From the NCBI RefSeq assembly GCF_009914755.1, contig NC_060940.1: a stretch of 64,000 nucleotides of DNA; one strand, written 5' to 3'. The notes beneath the pieces are model-generated. The model made no database searches and was not told the origin of the DNA. It worked only from the letters and a program-made list of their open reading frames with translations. Shown here one piece after another: positions 63,707 through 64,000 of this stretch. The first letter of the stretch is position 1. The number at the start of each line of letters is the position of its first letter. A program made the position numbers and the translations under genes. This DNA is from the human T2T-CHM13v2.0 reference genome, Homo sapiens.

Positions 63707-64000
63707 GTATTAGTCCGTTCTCGCATTGTTACAATGAAATACCGAAGACTGGGTAATTTATAAAGAAAAGAGTTTAATTGGCTCATGGGTCCTCAGGCTG
63801 TACAGGAAGCATGAGGCTGGCATCTGCTTGGCTTCCCAGGAGGCCTCAGGAAACGTACAATCATGGAGGAAGGGAAAGAGGGATCGTGCACCTGACATGG
63901 CCAGAGCAGGAGGAAGAGAGTGAAGGGGGAGGTGCCACACACTTTTAAACAAGCAGATCTCAGGAGAACTCACTCACTATATAGTACCAAGGGAGATGAT
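63707..64000. mobile_element. MST-type MaLR LTR, truncated by the window end
   Basis: gtattagtccgttctcgcattg...gaggcctcaggaaacgtacaatcatgg. Confidence 0.8.

Overview
Human-type (primate, Alu-rich) genomic DNA containing the 5' ~56 kb of SYT17 (synaptotagmin 17 / B/K protein) on the + strand. I reconstructed 7 coding exons with GT-AG boundaries and consistent phases (3502-3516, 7612-7629, 8282-8430, 15242-15390, 18381-19000, 57552-57672, 59190-59345). They total 1228 nt (409 codons + 1 nt) and encode the N-terminal Cys cluster, linker, C2A and most of C2B. The last coding exon lies beyond the window. The promoter sits in a CpG island (~2.5-4.0 kb). The rest is intronic, dominated by more than 30 Alus, L1 3' fragments, MaLR/ERV LTRs, hAT-type MER elements, MIRs and microsatellites. 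Nearly all ORFs in the supplied track are repeat- or GC-derived noise. I see no evidence of a new multi-gene system. The most interesting signal is a modular set of possible alternative N-termini for SYT17: an ATG-ending exon or 4-nt GATG unit at 7463-7466, an 18-nt microexon, an exon-4 ATG, an in-frame Cys-rich intron-4 extension, and a candidate internal first exon at ~46.3 kb that would splice in frame to give a C2B-only protein. Some of these may already be annotated; I cannot check databases. Repeat family names are from recall of consensus sequences, and repeat boundaries are approximate.
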